Of a stretch of DNA of 64,000 nucleotides, positions 1 to 10,371 are shown piece after piece. Source of the DNA: Candidatus Poribacteria bacterium (GTDB taxonomy: Bacteria; Poribacteria; WGA-4E; WGA-3G); contig CAXXLX010000001.1 of NCBI GenBank assembly GCA_963665235.2, positions 864,001-928,000 on the forward strand, given 5' to 3'. The notes under the pieces are model-generated. The model did no database searches. It saw only the letters and a list, made by a program, of their open reading frames with translations, and was not told where the DNA came from. The first letter of the stretch is position 1, and every line of letters starts with the position of its first letter. A program made the translations under genes and the position numbers.

Positions 1-57
1 GCCAAATTAATTAAAACCCGCCTGCAACAACGGCAGCAGGCGTTCGGAGGACGTGAT

Positions 58-3000
58 TCAAAGCTCTCTTTGTAGGAAACGTGCCGTATGTGACTGCTCC
101 ACCGATGCAACCTCTTCGGGTGTGCCCATAGCAACAATCTCTCCGCCGCCTTTGCTGCCCTCCGGCCCTAAGTCAATAACCCAATCTGCCGATTTGATAA
201 TGTCCATGTTGTGTTCTATAGCCACAATCGTATTGCCAGCGTCAACGAGCTTGTTGAGGACGTTAAGTAGCTTCTGAATATCGTCAAAGTGTAGTCCTGT
301 TGTCGGTTCGTCCATGATGTAGAGCGTTGACCCAGTTTGTCTGCGCGAGAGCTCCTTCGCGAGCTTGACCCGCTGCGCCTCACCCCCCGATAGCGTCGGT
401 GCCGATTGTCCCAACTGGACGTAGTCCAAACCGACATCCGCTAACATTTTAAGTGGTCTGCGGATGCGGGAGATATCGCTAAAGAAGTCAAGTGCTTCCT
501 GCACTGTCATCTGTAAAACTTCAGCGATGTTTTTCTGCTTGTATTGGATTTCGAGGGTTTCCGCATTGTATCCTGTGCTATGACATATTTCGCACGGAAT
601 CCATACGTCCGGAAGGAAGTGCATCTCCACACGGGTAAAACGGTGTCCCTCACAGGTAGGACATTGGCCGTAGGAGAGATTAAAACTGAACCGTCCCGGG
701 CTAAATCCGCGCCGTTTTGCCTCCGGTTGTTCCGCAAACAGTTCTCGGATTTTCGTGAAGAGGTCGGTATACGTTGCCGGATTGGAACGGGGTGTTTCTC
801 CAATTGGATTCTGGTCGACGTTGATGAGACGTTGAATTGCGCTGCCTTGGACACGTTCATATTCCGCGGGGCCATAAGAGGACTCCCCTGCTGGTTCATC
901 TCCGATTTTGATAGTGGCTTGGCGTTCGAGCGCAGGACGGAGCGTGCCATCAATAAGTGAGCTTTTCCCACACCCTGAAACCCCTGTAACACACGTCAGT
1001 GTGCCGACCGGAATCTTGATATCAATATCCTTAAGATTATTCGTTTTTGCCCCGAACAGCTCTATCCATTCCCCTGTCCCTTTGCGGCGAACAGGCGGTA
1101 CGGGTATCTGCTTTTCATTAGAGAGATAGGCGCGGGTCAATCCACCTTCCGGTTCCCCCTTGCCTGCGGGGGCATTAGGGGGGTCAGCAACAATAGACGT
1201 TGGGTCGGTAAAGGTATCGGGTGCCCCCGTTGCCACAATTTCGCCGCCTCGCGTGCCAGCCATTGGTCCGAAGTCAATGATATGGTCAGCGGCTAATATG
1301 GTATCCCGGTCGTGTTCAACGACGAGGACACTATTACCGATGTCGCGCAGTGCTTTCATGGCGGAAATCAGTCGTTCCTGGTCGCGCGGGTGTAAACCGA
1401 TGCTCGGTTCATCGAGGATGTAGGTGACCCCGGTGAGCCCTGTGCCGAGTTGGCTTGCGAGACGTATCCTTCGGATTTCACCGCCGGAGAGCGTCGGAGC
1501 CGGGCGGTCCAATCCGATATAACCGAGTCCGATATCTTCAAGGAATCGGAGCCGAATTTGGATATAGCGAATCAGCTCCGCCTCAAACTCAGGGGAGGAA
1601 TATATATGAAGTGATGGATGCGTAGCCCTGGATATCGACACCCCTTTTTCTGCCGGCTGCTCGCTGTCCGCTGTCTGCTGTTTGCTGTCTGCTAATTGCA
1701 ATTCAATTGCCGCTATCCGTGCGTCTAGGAATTCAATAATTTCGGTAATGGACATCGCCATCAATTCAGCGATAGTTTGCCCGGAGAATCTTACACCGCT
1801 TGGGAATTCTGTTAACCGTGTGCCATCGCATATGTGGCATGGTCTTTTGTGATTTCCGGAACCTATGATGCCAAGTCCATCACATGTATTGCACGCGCCC
1901 ACTTTGTTGTTAAACGAGAAGTGCCGCGGTGTGAGTTGTGGATAATTTCTACCACATTCTGAACACATCGCATGCTCACTGAAGAAATGCCGCTCGGGGG
2001 TGCTTCTCCCTTTTTTATGTTCAATAACGGCAAACCCGCCACTTTCTTTAAGTGCTAACTCGATAGCTTCGGTAAAACGGCTTTTCTCTTCACCAATCGC
2101 TTCCACCCGGTCGATGACAATAAAAATTTCATGGCGCATCAGTTTTTGCATTTTGGGGGTTGCATCCAATCGATGGATTTGTCCATTTATTTGCACCCGA
2201 GCGAAACCGTATTTTTGCAACCTACGGAACGCAGCATCATAGTCCTCGTTCGGTTTCAACTTGTGCGGGGTATCCTCCTCTAGGACCACTTCGAAGTGGC
2301 GGTGCACAGCACTTCGTCCGGTTCCGCCTTGTCCCCTCTGACCTACCGTAACATGAAAGTCTGTAATCGGTGCCAGGACATCGACCATTTTTTGTGGGAC
2401 ACGTTCAAAAATCTGATGGACTATTTCCTCAGCCGTTTGTGAGTGGACCTCTACGTTACAGGTGGGGCAGTGAGGCACCCCCCATTTGGCATAAAGCGTG
2501 CGGAGCCCATCGTGAATTTCTGTAATTGTTGCCACTGTAGAACGCGGGTTTTGACTTGGGCTTGCATGCGAAATAGCAATCGCTGGGGACAATCCCTCAA
2601 CCTTTGAGACCTTAGGTTTTTCCATCGTCCCGATAAACTGCCGTGCATACGTGCTTAACGTTTCAATATAGCGGCGTTGTCCTTCAGCGTAAACTGTATC
2701 TAGGGCGAGGGATGTTTTTCCTGAACCGCTCACCCCCGTGAATGCGGTTAACTGTAGGTGTGGAATCTCAATGTCAATGTTTTTGAGATTATTTTCCGTG
2801 GCACCTCGTATAACAATAGACTGTAGGTCTGTTGGAACAACGGTGTTTTGTAGGTCCGGCATCCCATCGGACTCTCCGGATTTCCCGAGGTCGAATTCAC
2901 CGAGCAGGGCTTGTCCGGTGTAGGATTCAGGCACCGCTTTAACTTCCTCCGGGGTGCCCACAGCAACGATAGTGCCGCCCGCTGCGCCACCCTCCGGTCC

Positions 3001-5799
3001 TAAATCGATAAGATAGTCTGCGGAATTGATAACCTCAAGGTTATGTTCAACAACTACCACGGTGTTGCCTTCATCAACGAGCCGGTGCAGAATAGTTAGC
3101 AATTTATTCACGTCGTCAAAATGTAAGCCGGTAGTAGGTTCATCAAGGAGATAGATTGTTTTGCCGGTGCTGCGTTTAGAAAGTTCGCGAGAGAGTTTAA
3201 TCCGTTGCGCTTCCCCACCCGAGAGAGTTGGTGCGGGTTGTCCCAATTTGATGTAATCCAAACCAACGTCGTGGAGAAGTTGTAACCCTTTTGCGACTTT
3301 TGGAATATCGGCGAAATGTGCAAGGGCGGTTTCAATATCCATTTCAAGGACATCAAAAATATTTTTCTCTTTATATTTCACAGTAAGGGTTTCGTCGTTA
3401 TAACGTTTTCCATCACATACTTCACATTCAACCCAGACATCGGAAAGCAGCCCCATATCCACCTTTTTGGCCCCGTTGCCGTTACATGCTTCACATCGTC
3501 CGCCGACAACATTAAAGCTAAACCGGCCGGGTTTGTAGCCGCGCAATTTGGCATCCGGTAAGCCTGCGTAGAACGAACGAATTGCATCAAAGACCTTTGT
3601 ATAGGTCCCTGCATTCGAACGCGGGGTCCGCCCGATGGGTGCCATGTCAATGTTAATAATTTTATCAATGACATCGGAGACAGGGACGTTTTTCTTCGCG
3701 ATGATACCCCGAATTCGGTCGTAGTCGCCGGGGACAGTGTGTGCTTTCATCAGGTCTCGTGCGAGTGCGTTGTAGAGAATATCGTGAATTAGGGAACTTT
3801 TTCCTGAGCCGCTCACGCCAGTCACACAACACAATGTACCGATAGGGATTTTCGGATTAATGGATTTCAGGTTGTTTTGGCGGGCGTTGCAGATTTGGAG
3901 CCACTTGTCGCCTGTCGGTCGGCGCGATTCGGGTTGGACAATTTTCTTGTCACCTCGCAGATATTGGGCGGTGAGTGAATTGCCCTCCTCAAGGATTTGT
4001 GTAGGTGTTCCTATCTCGGTTATTTCGCCACCTCTGATGCCTGCACCGGGGCCGAAATCTACTATCCAATCCGCCATTAACATCGTCGCTTCATCGTGTT
4101 CAACGACGATAACGGTGTTCCCCTGATTGCGTAGATTGACAAGGGTTGTGAGCAAGCCTGCATGGTCGCGTGGGTGTAAACCGATGCTGGGTTCGTCAAG
4201 GACGTAGGTGACATCGCGTAAGCCTGCGCCGACCTGACTGGCGAGGCGGATACGCTGTGTTTCGCCGCCAGAGAGCGTCGGTGCAGCGCGAGACAGGGTA
4301 AGGTATCCGAGCCCGACATTTATGAGAAATCCGAGGCGGCCGCGTACCTCTTTCAGGAGTTCAGATGCGATAAACGTTTCCCGCGCTGGCAGTTCCAATT
4401 TGTTAAAAAAGTCAGCCGCTTCCTCAATAGACATTTCGAGAATGTCGGTTATATTCGCGTCATCTAGCTTCACCCCTCGCACTAAGGGGGCAAGGCGCGT
4501 CCCGTTGCATGCTCGGCAGGGCATTTTGACAAAGAAGTCAGGAAGGTGTCTGTTTTCACTGCGCTCAACATCCCCCCAGAAGTGCTGAGACTCATGGGCG
4601 GGAATTATTCCTTGAAATCTACCTCGAACCCGCTTCAGCCGTCTGTTGTACTTCGTAGGTTGGCTAATCGTCAACACAGCGTCCCCGGTACCGTAAAGGA
4701 CACTGTGCTGTTGCTCTGGCGTTAGTTCTTTCCATGGAGATTCAAGACTGAAGCCCAAGTATGCTGCTAAGGCACGTGCTACACCTCTGTTCCTATAATC
4801 CAGCTTTCCCCACAAGGTTATTGCACCATCAGGAATAGAGAGCGTATCATCGGGCACAATCAATTTCGGTGAGATGCCCATTGTCACCCCTAAGCCTCGG
4901 CACTCCTCACACATCCCGTAGGGACTGTTGAATGAGAAATGACGCGGTTCCGGTACTTCGTAGCTTCGCTGGCATTGTATGCAAGCGTACGCTGTACTGA
5001 ATAGTTCATCATCACCTTCTTGTATGCCAGCATTCGGAGCTTGCCTATTACTATCTGTCTGCGATGTGTCTTCAGCTGTAGAGACGATGTGTACAATAAG
5101 GTTGCCATCTCCTATAGAGAGCGCGGTATCCACTGATTGCGCGACGCGGCTTTCAATGTCTGCTTTGATGATAACTCTATCAATCACAATATCAATGTCG
5201 TGCCGTTGATTCGGATTGAGGTTAACGCTTGCATTGAGTTCATGCACCTCGCCATCAATGCGGGCGCGTATGAATCCTGCGCTACGTGCGTCTGACAGTT
5301 CTTTCCGATGCTCGCCTCTTCGCCCTCTAACGACAGGGGCTAAAATCAGGAGCCGGGTGCGTGGGGGAAAGCTGAGAATCCGGGAAACAATATCTGCCGG
5401 AGTTTGTGAACCGACCTGCTCTCCACATTCTATGCAGTGTAATTGTCCAGCACGTGCAAAGAGCACCCGTAGGTAATCGTAAATTTCGGTTACAGTGGCA
5501 ACCGTTGAACGCGGGTTATGTCCCGTTGACCCTTGACTGATGGCGATAGAGGGGGATAGGCCGATAATTTCGTCTACCTCCGCTTTTCCTAATTGACCCA
5601 AAAATTGTCGCGCATACGCAGACAACGACTCTATATACCGCCGCTGACCTTCGGCATATACGGTATCCATCGCAAGTGAAGATTTGCCAGAGCCGCTAAC
5701 TCCGGTGAAAACAATCAGTTTATTTTTGGGGAGCTTGACATCAATATTTTTTAGATTGTGTTGCCGCGCCCCCTGTACATGAATTGATGCGTCTGTCAT
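58..5799 (-). CDS. uvrA: Excinuclease ABC subunit A, double-length (two tandem UvrA modules)
   Basis: 1913 aa with four Walker A motifs (GVSGSGKSS twice, GVSGSGKTS, GVSGCGKSS), four LSGGE signatures, Zn fingers, and two 'AEGQRRY' N-terminal motifs. Confidence 0.97.
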   Translation of the reverse strand: MTDASIHVQGARQHNLKNIDVKLPKNKLIVFTGVSGSGKSSLAMDTVYAEGQRRYIESLSAYARQFLGQLGKAEVDEIIGLSPSIAISQGSTGHNPRSTVATVTEIYDYLRVLFARAGQLHCIECGEQVGSQTPADIVSRILSFPPRTRLLILAPVVRGRRGEHRKELSDARSAGFIRARIDGEVHELNASVNLNPNQRHDIDIVIDRVIIKADIESRVAQSVDTALSIGDGNLIVHIVSTAEDTSQTDSNRQAPNAGIQEGDDELFSTAYACIQCQRSYEVPEPRHFSFNSPYGMCEECRGLGVTMGISPKLIVPDDTLSIPDGAITLWGKLDYRNRGVARALAAYLGFSLESPWKELTPEQQHSVLYGTGDAVLTISQPTKYNRRLKRVRGRFQGIIPAHESQHFWGDVERSENRHLPDFFVKMPCRACNGTRLAPLVRGVKLDDANITDILEMSIEEAADFFNKLELPARETFIASELLKEVRGRLGFLINVGLGYLTLSRAAPTLSGGETQRIRLASQVGAGLRDVTYVLDEPSIGLHPRDHAGLLTTLVNLRNQGNTVIVVEHDEATMLMADWIVDFGPGAGIRGGEITEIGTPTQILEEGNSLTAQYLRGDKKIVQPESRRPTGDKWLQICNARQNNLKSINPKIPIGTLCCVTGVSGSGKSSLIHDILYNALARDLMKAHTVPGDYDRIRGIIAKKNVPVSDVIDKIINIDMAPIGRTPRSNAGTYTKVFDAIRSFYAGLPDAKLRGYKPGRFSFNVVGGRCEACNGNGAKKVDMGLLSDVWVECEVCDGKRYNDETLTVKYKEKNIFDVLEMDIETALAHFADIPKVAKGLQLLHDVGLDYIKLGQPAPTLSGGEAQRIKLSRELSKRSTGKTIYLLDEPTTGLHFDDVNKLLTILHRLVDEGNTVVVVEHNLEVINSADYLIDLGPEGGAAGGTIVAVGTPEEVKAVPESYTGQALLGEFDLGKSGESDGMPDLQNTVVPTDLQSIVIRGATENNLKNIDIEIPHLQLTAFTGVSGSGKTSLALDTVYAEGQRRYIETLSTYARQFIGTMEKPKVSKVEGLSPAIAISHASPSQNPRSTVATITEIHDGLRTLYAKWGVPHCPTCNVEVHSQTAEEIVHQIFERVPQKMVDVLAPITDFHVTVGQRGQGGTGRSAVHRHFEVVLEEDTPHKLKPNEDYDAAFRRLQKYGFARVQINGQIHRLDATPKMQKLMRHEIFIVIDRVEAIGEEKSRFTEAIELALKESGGFAVIEHKKGRSTPERHFFSEHAMCSECGRNYPQLTPRHFSFNNKVGACNTCDGLGIIGSGNHKRPCHICDGTRLTEFPSGVRFSGQTIAELMAMSITEIIEFLDARIAAIELQLADSKQQTADSEQPAEKGVSISRATHPSLHIYSSPEFEAELIRYIQIRLRFLEDIGLGYIGLDRPAPTLSGGEIRRIRLASQLGTGLTGVTYILDEPSIGLHPRDQERLISAMKALRDIGNSVLVVEHDRDTILAADHIIDFGPMAGTRGGEIVATGAPDTFTDPTSIVADPPNAPAGKGEPEGGLTRAYLSNEKQIPVPPVRRKGTGEWIELFGAKTNNLKDIDIKIPVGTLTCVTGVSGCGKSSLIDGTLRPALERQATIKIGDEPAGESSYGPAEYERVQGSAIQRLINVDQNPIGETPRSNPATYTDLFTKIRELFAEQPEAKRRGFSPGRFSFNLSYGQCPTCEGHRFTRVEMHFLPDVWIPCEICHSTGYNAETLEIQYKQKNIAEVLQMTVQEALDFFSDISRIRRPLKMLADVGLDYVQLGQSAPTLSGGEAQRVKLAKELSRRQTGSTLYIMDEPTTGLHFDDIQKLLNVLNKLVDAGNTIVAIEHNMDIIKSADWVIDLGPEGSKGGGEIVAMGTPEEVASVEQSHTARFLQREL

Positions 5800-5823
5800 T
5801 GAATAGACCCCTCTTTCGGAAAA

Positions 5824-6729
5824 TCAGTGAAACCCACCTAATTCCTTAAGTTTACGTGCGTCCCGCCGCCAATCTGCTTTGACGGTCACGTATAGTTCTA
5901 AGAACACCCGTGAATCCAAAAACTTTTCGATGTCGCTGCGTGCCAATTCACCGATGCGTTTAATCAATTTCCCGCCTTTTCCGATGATAATTTGTTTTTG
6001 CGTCTGCCGTTCTGCATAAACAATCGCCCGAATGTAAATGATTTCCTCCGAATTCCGGCGGAGCCGTTTCTCAAATTCCTCAACGACAACAGCTGATGCA
6101 TACGGGACCTCCCGTTGTGTGATGAGCATAATTTTCTCGCGAATCGTTTCAGCGATAAAAAAACGTTCTGGCAGGTCGCTGAGTTGTTCCTCCGGAAAAT
6201 ATTGGGGACCGGGCGGCAAATAGGCACGAACCTTCTCAAGAAGGAGCGGCACACCGTCGGCAGTTTTTGCAGAAATCGGTATCATATCCGCAAATTCAAA
6301 TTTCTCGCGGTAATCGTCAAACATTGGCAGGAGCGTCGGCTTTGGGACCAAATCCACCTTGTTCAGAACGAGCACGGTCGCGGCAATCTTCGCACGCCGG
6401 AGACGTTCCAAAATTCTCTCCTCAATTCCCTCTTCAGCAGGGCGTGCAACATCAATCACGAAAAGCACTACGTCCGCCCCATGTAAAGCTCCATAAGCCG
6501 TTCGGACCATCTCTGACTGCAAACGGTACTTCGGTGCCATCAAGCCGGGCGTATCCACAAAAATCATCTGATGTGTGTCTGTCGTAAGAATCCCCCGAAT
6601 CTGATTTCGGGTAGTCTGCGGTTTCGGCGTGACTATCGCCAATTTCTGCCCTAAGAGCGTGTTAAGCAGTGTGGATTTCCCAACATTCGGGGCACCGATG
6701 ATGCTAACATATCCAGAATTTTGAATCAT
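5824..6729 (-). CDS. era: GTPase Era
   Basis: GAPNVGKST, KPQTTR, DTPG and NKVD motifs, plus KH domain IIIGKGG; start trimmed to MIQNSG after a GGAGG RBS. Confidence 0.96.
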   Translation of the reverse strand: MIQNSGYVSIIGAPNVGKSTLLNTLLGQKLAIVTPKPQTTRNQIRGILTTDTHQMIFVDTPGLMAPKYRLQSEMVRTAYGALHGADVVLFVIDVARPAEEGIEERILERLRRAKIAATVLVLNKVDLVPKPTLLPMFDDYREKFEFADMIPISAKTADGVPLLLEKVRAYLPPGPQYFPEEQLSDLPERFFIAETIREKIMLITQREVPYASAVVVEEFEKRLRRNSEEIIYIRAIVYAERQTQKQIIIGKGGKLIKRIGELARSDIEKFLDSRVFLELYVTVKADWRRDARKLKELGGFH

Positions 6730-6808
6730 TGAACCTCCGCTCGCCTGCCCCGTTCTTGCAGGCCAAATCAACGCTAACTGTGCAAACGAGATTTTAAACA
6801 TCCATATT

Positions 6809-7090
6809 TTAAACGCTTGTGCCGCCGCCATCCTTTGAGAAATCGCGACCGCACGAAGGGCATGTTGGAATATCCGTTACTACCTTCAATCCGCACCCCG
6901 GACAGATTCGGCCCGGATAGAGCCATTTCCTGCGGTAGCTACGCCCGGATTTATCCGTTTCGGTATAGTTGAAAATGCGAAAAAGGATTACTATAAACAA
7001 AACAAAAAAACCGAAGCAAGCAAAAAACCCGATATATATAACCGCAGTAAAAAAATTATTAAAAAAGTCAAAAAAGGAGAAAGGGTTCAT
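6809..7090 (-). CDS. Small membrane protein with C-terminal double zinc ribbon
   Basis: Phe-rich hydrophobic N-terminus followed by CPGCG...CPSCG; co-oriented between oxidoreductase and era. Confidence 0.65.
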   Translation of the reverse strand: MNPFSFFDFFNNFFTAVIYIGFFACFGFFVLFIVILFRIFNYTETDKSGRSYRRKWLYPGRICPGCGLKVVTDIPTCPSCGRDFSKDGGGTSV

Positions 7091-7135
7091 TTTAATCGGG
7101 TATATGCCTTATCGCAACATGCTACTCCCTTAAAT

Positions 7136-8140
7136 CTACCGTCTCGGTCGCGCTGGCGTTTGGGTTTCTGCGGATTCATATATTAAATCCATAAGCTCAG
7201 ATTGTATAATTCCGTTTATCGGACTGGTGCGCGGTTCCGCCCTGCCCAAGATGGCATCAATGAAATTGTCATCCGGGTTACCTGCCGACATATCCGCCGT
7301 AACCGGTGGTGGGTCTAACGCCTCGCCGCCCTTCCACACACGAATCCAACCGCCGCCCCAGCCGTCGACCTCAATCCTGCCGTTGTCAAAGATTAACGCC
7401 ATGTGGGTGCCCCCGGGACTCGGACAGTTGCCGCTTATTACCATTGACGCGAACACACCGTTCTCAAACTTGATGTTAATGGAGGAGTTGATGTCAACAT
7501 CCGTGTCCATGTTATCGGTATAGGCGTATACCTCTTCGACTTTCGCTTCGACTGTCCAGCAGAGACTATTGAGGAGGTGTGCGCCGCTATCGTACGCCTG
7601 TCCGCCGCCGGAGAGTTTCGGGTCTTGTCGCCATGCCCCGGTTGTGGCACGTCTCCAATTTTGTGTAATATACCCGATGACCAACTCTAGTTTGCCGAAT
7701 TCGCCGCTGCGGATACTCTCTCGGATATAGTAAAAGTTCCCGGAGCACGGCGTATTGTAACCGATTGTGAGTATAAGCCCGGTCTCTTCAACCTTCTCTG
7801 CCAGAGTGTATGCATCTTCAGCGGCGGTGACCATCGGTTTTTCCATCAAAACGTGGCATCCCGCGGATAATGCCTGCATGCCCTGCTCGAAGTGTAACGT
7901 ATGCGGTGTGGAGATAACAACTGCATCCGGTTCTGTTTCTTCGAGCATTTTCGCTATATCCGCATAAGCCCCTGGGCGTGGCGTAAGGTCCGAGAGGTTT
8001 CGGTCAATATAACCGTTAGCGATATCCGTGTTAACATCGCAGGTGCCAACAATTTGGACATCGGGGTTTCCGTTCATCCGTCTCGCGTGGCCGGAGGAGT
8101 TTCCGCCACATCCAATCATAGCAAGCCGAATTTTTGACAT
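7136..8140 (-). CDS. Gfo/Idh/MocA family oxidoreductase
   Basis: IGCG Rossmann start, HVLMEKP, GGG..D.GAH motifs. Confidence 0.92.
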   Translation of the reverse strand: MSKIRLAMIGCGGNSSGHARRMNGNPDVQIVGTCDVNTDIANGYIDRNLSDLTPRPGAYADIAKMLEETEPDAVVISTPHTLHFEQGMQALSAGCHVLMEKPMVTAAEDAYTLAEKVEETGLILTIGYNTPCSGNFYYIRESIRSGEFGKLELVIGYITQNWRRATTGAWRQDPKLSGGGQAYDSGAHLLNSLCWTVEAKVEEVYAYTDNMDTDVDINSSINIKFENGVFASMVISGNCPSPGGTHMALIFDNGRIEVDGWGGGWIRVWKGGEALDPPPVTADMSAGNPDDNFIDAILGRAEPRTSPINGIIQSELMDLIYESAETQTPARPRR

Positions 8141-8163
8141 AATCTATTCCGATGATATTAACC

Positions 8164-8300
8164 TATATATTGAAGAGCAGGCTTGTAGCCTGAAGCCTGT
8201 GTAATACTATGTATTTCACATCTTATACGGTTTGCAAGCTGCTTATAGAAAGCAACCAGGGTTCATCTACCAAAGCACGCAGAAAAATCCCGCGTGCGCC
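8164..8300 (-). ncRNA. Putative omega-RNA scaffold overlapping the tnpB 3' end and right end
   Basis: Position expected for TnpB loci; hairpin caggctt...aagcctg at about 8178-8199; 5' boundary is a guess. Confidence 0.5.
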
Positions 8301-9388
8301 GTTCAAATCTCTGTCCATCTTGAGTCCTGTGCTATCTTTGATAACTTTAGCGCCACCTAAGTTTTTGACAATCTCGCCTGTCCAAGACACAGTTTTTGAC
8401 GTGTAAGCCTCGCAGACATCCAGCACAAGACATCCAGTTTCTTTTGCTTTATGCTTAAGGAACTGTTTGAAACGGTAATGGGAGAGAGTCAACATTTGGC
8501 GGACTGTTCTTTTATGGAGTTTGCGTCCACTTTTACAAGTCTTATGAGAAGTCTCAAAAGTGGGGAGTAAGATAATATCAAAGTTATCGACAAGCCACCG
8601 TGCGACTTTCTTATGCAACTCATCCACAAGGTTTCTAATCCGTTTTCTGATACGATTTGCGGCACGTCTCATGTTCTTCTTTGCCTGTTGCTTAGTTGCT
8701 TTAGAGGCACGGGATAATAGGTCGTCAAGATATGAACAAAGTCGTTGAATACGATTAATTGCATGGTGTCCGAGCCAGCCGAACCCATGCTCATGAAAAT
8801 ATGTGAGGAATGTCCTAACACCGGGGTCAAGTGCGACGACACGTCCGTTTGGTTTTCGCTTCTGTGTCGTCACACTATAACTGACACACAAATAGTAGTG
8901 TGTGCCCTCTTTGACTAAGCGCGAGTCTTTGATATTTTCAGGGAGACGCTCACTGAGCCTAAGTTTTCCTAACTTTGTGTGATATACGCCATTTTCAGAT
9001 ATGGCAGCTTTGGGTATAAAGATACTATCTGAAGGCGTTCGTTTAGATTTAAATGAAACAGATTGAAACTGTCCCGTTTTCTGACATTTCTGCTTTGCTG
9101 CGCGAACAGCAAGGCAAGCATCCCGAATAGCAACTGACTTAATTTGATATGGAACAGGTTTAGCCCAATCGGGTAAATCGTCAAGGATACCTGTCTTAAT
9201 CGCTATCCAGTTCGCTTGGGTGTCCGTGTTGTTCAACAAAGCAACCGTTTTGTTGTAGGTCCAACGCGCTGTGCCTATCCATTGACGCAGCGTCTCACGC
9301 TGTTCGGTTGTCGGATAAACTCTTATCTTCTTTGATTTGGTCACGGTAACTTCGGAGACCATGCAGTCTGCAACTGAAGACATGCAGG
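8223..9388 (-). CDS. tnpB: RNA-guided endonuclease TnpB (pro-Fanzor-like); frame stays open upstream to 9809, start uncertain
   Basis: KKIRVYP...Q...RWTYN N-terminus; RuvC-I VALDPG, shifted RuvC-II CEAYTSKT, RuvC-III DRDLNGARGI. Confidence 0.92.
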
Positions 9389-9882
9389 ATGGCGAGAAGA
9401 TCCGACGTGAGCTCTTCTTCTGGACTGTGTTCTGTTTGGTCAAGAACCACGAGTTCGCCACCGTTTTGTTCAACGAGGTATCGTATAAGGTCGATACCGA
9501 ACCGGGCGAGACGGTCCCGATGGGCAATAATAACTTCGAGCTTATCACCTTGCATAAGCCGGTCCAGTAAGGCTTTAAGTCCTTTTCTTTTGAAGTTAAG
9601 ACCACTTCCGATGTCTCTGATGATTTCTGCTTCGGGGTAGATACTTCGCATATAAGCGACTTGGCGTTCAAGGGCATCTCTTTGGTTTGGGCTGGACACC
9701 CGACAATAGCAAACAGTGGTAACTGATTTTGATTTGCTTTTGATGTATCCGTCAACATCGTAGCGTCTGTGTCCGCCTCCAGTGCGGATAATATCAATCT
9801 TTCCTTCATTTGCTAATCTCCGTAAGTAGTCCGGGGTATAATCCAGTATTTCACTCGCTTTTTTTGCTGATACATAAACCAT
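9295..9882 (-). CDS. tnpA: IS607 transposase TnpA (MerR-like HTH plus serine recombinase)
   Basis: TGGGHRRY HTH, YCRVSS catalytic Ser, DIGSGLNFKRKGL, DRLARFG. Confidence 0.96.
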   Translation of the reverse strand: MVYVSAKKASEILDYTPDYLRRLANEGKIDIIRTGGGHRRYDVDGYIKSKSKSVTTVCYCRVSSPNQRDALERQVAYMRSIYPEAEIIRDIGSGLNFKRKGLKALLDRLMQGDKLEVIIAHRDRLARFGIDLIRYLVEQNGGELVVLDQTEHSPEEELTSDLLAILHVFSCRLHGLRSYRDQIKEDKSLSDNRTA

Positions 9883-9888
9883 AGATAT

Positions 9889-9917
9889 AGTATAACACAT
9901 TTTTACGGAAATGTCAA
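9889..9917 (-). promoter_or_regulatory. sigma70 promoter of tnpA, probably leaderless
   Basis: TTGACA-17-TATACT on the minus strand; the ATG at 9882 lies 7 nt downstream of the -10 box. Confidence 0.7.
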
Positions 9918-10165
9918 GAAAAACATAGGTTTTTTGCTACTGTTAATCAACCTTCGGTTCACCGACTTGGCTCTTACCGTCCCAATATGCAACACGGCTA
10001 TGACTTTAATAGAGCCCCACGGACTTATGTCCCAAATCTAACATGCAAACCCACTAGACAGGAAATAGTATAGCACTTTTGACAGATATTGTCAAGAAAA
10101 AAAACGCTCACAATCAGGGCCATTTAGTTTTACAAATTTACTTTGCAGATGTGGATATATTCCTC

Positions 10166-10276
10166 TGTAGGAGCGTGCTTCGCACGCGATACATTATATC
10201 ACGGACTTTCACGGAAAAATCCCAGTATTTGGGAAACCAGCGCGCCTTCCTATCGCGAGCACAGCTCGCTCCTACA
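10166..10276. repeat. Inverted pair of GTAG-type REP palindromes (REPIN-like)
   Basis: tgtaggagcgtgcttcgcacgcga ... tcgcgagcacagctcgctcctaca. Confidence 0.75.
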
Positions 10277-10371
10277 TAAGAGGGATGTTGAAAAAACGAC
10301 CAAAAATATCGAGAACTAAATCACCCTGCGCTCACAATGTCCTTAATAGCAAAACTCTAATGGATACAGCA

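Larger units (their letters stand above)
8162..9952 (-). mobile_element. IS607-family element (serine recombinase TnpA plus TnpB)
   Basis: tnpA and tnpB overlap; proposed ends are GG dinucleotides on the minus strand (CC at 9951-9952 and 8162-8163), as expected for IS607; exact ends are inferred. Confidence 0.85.
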
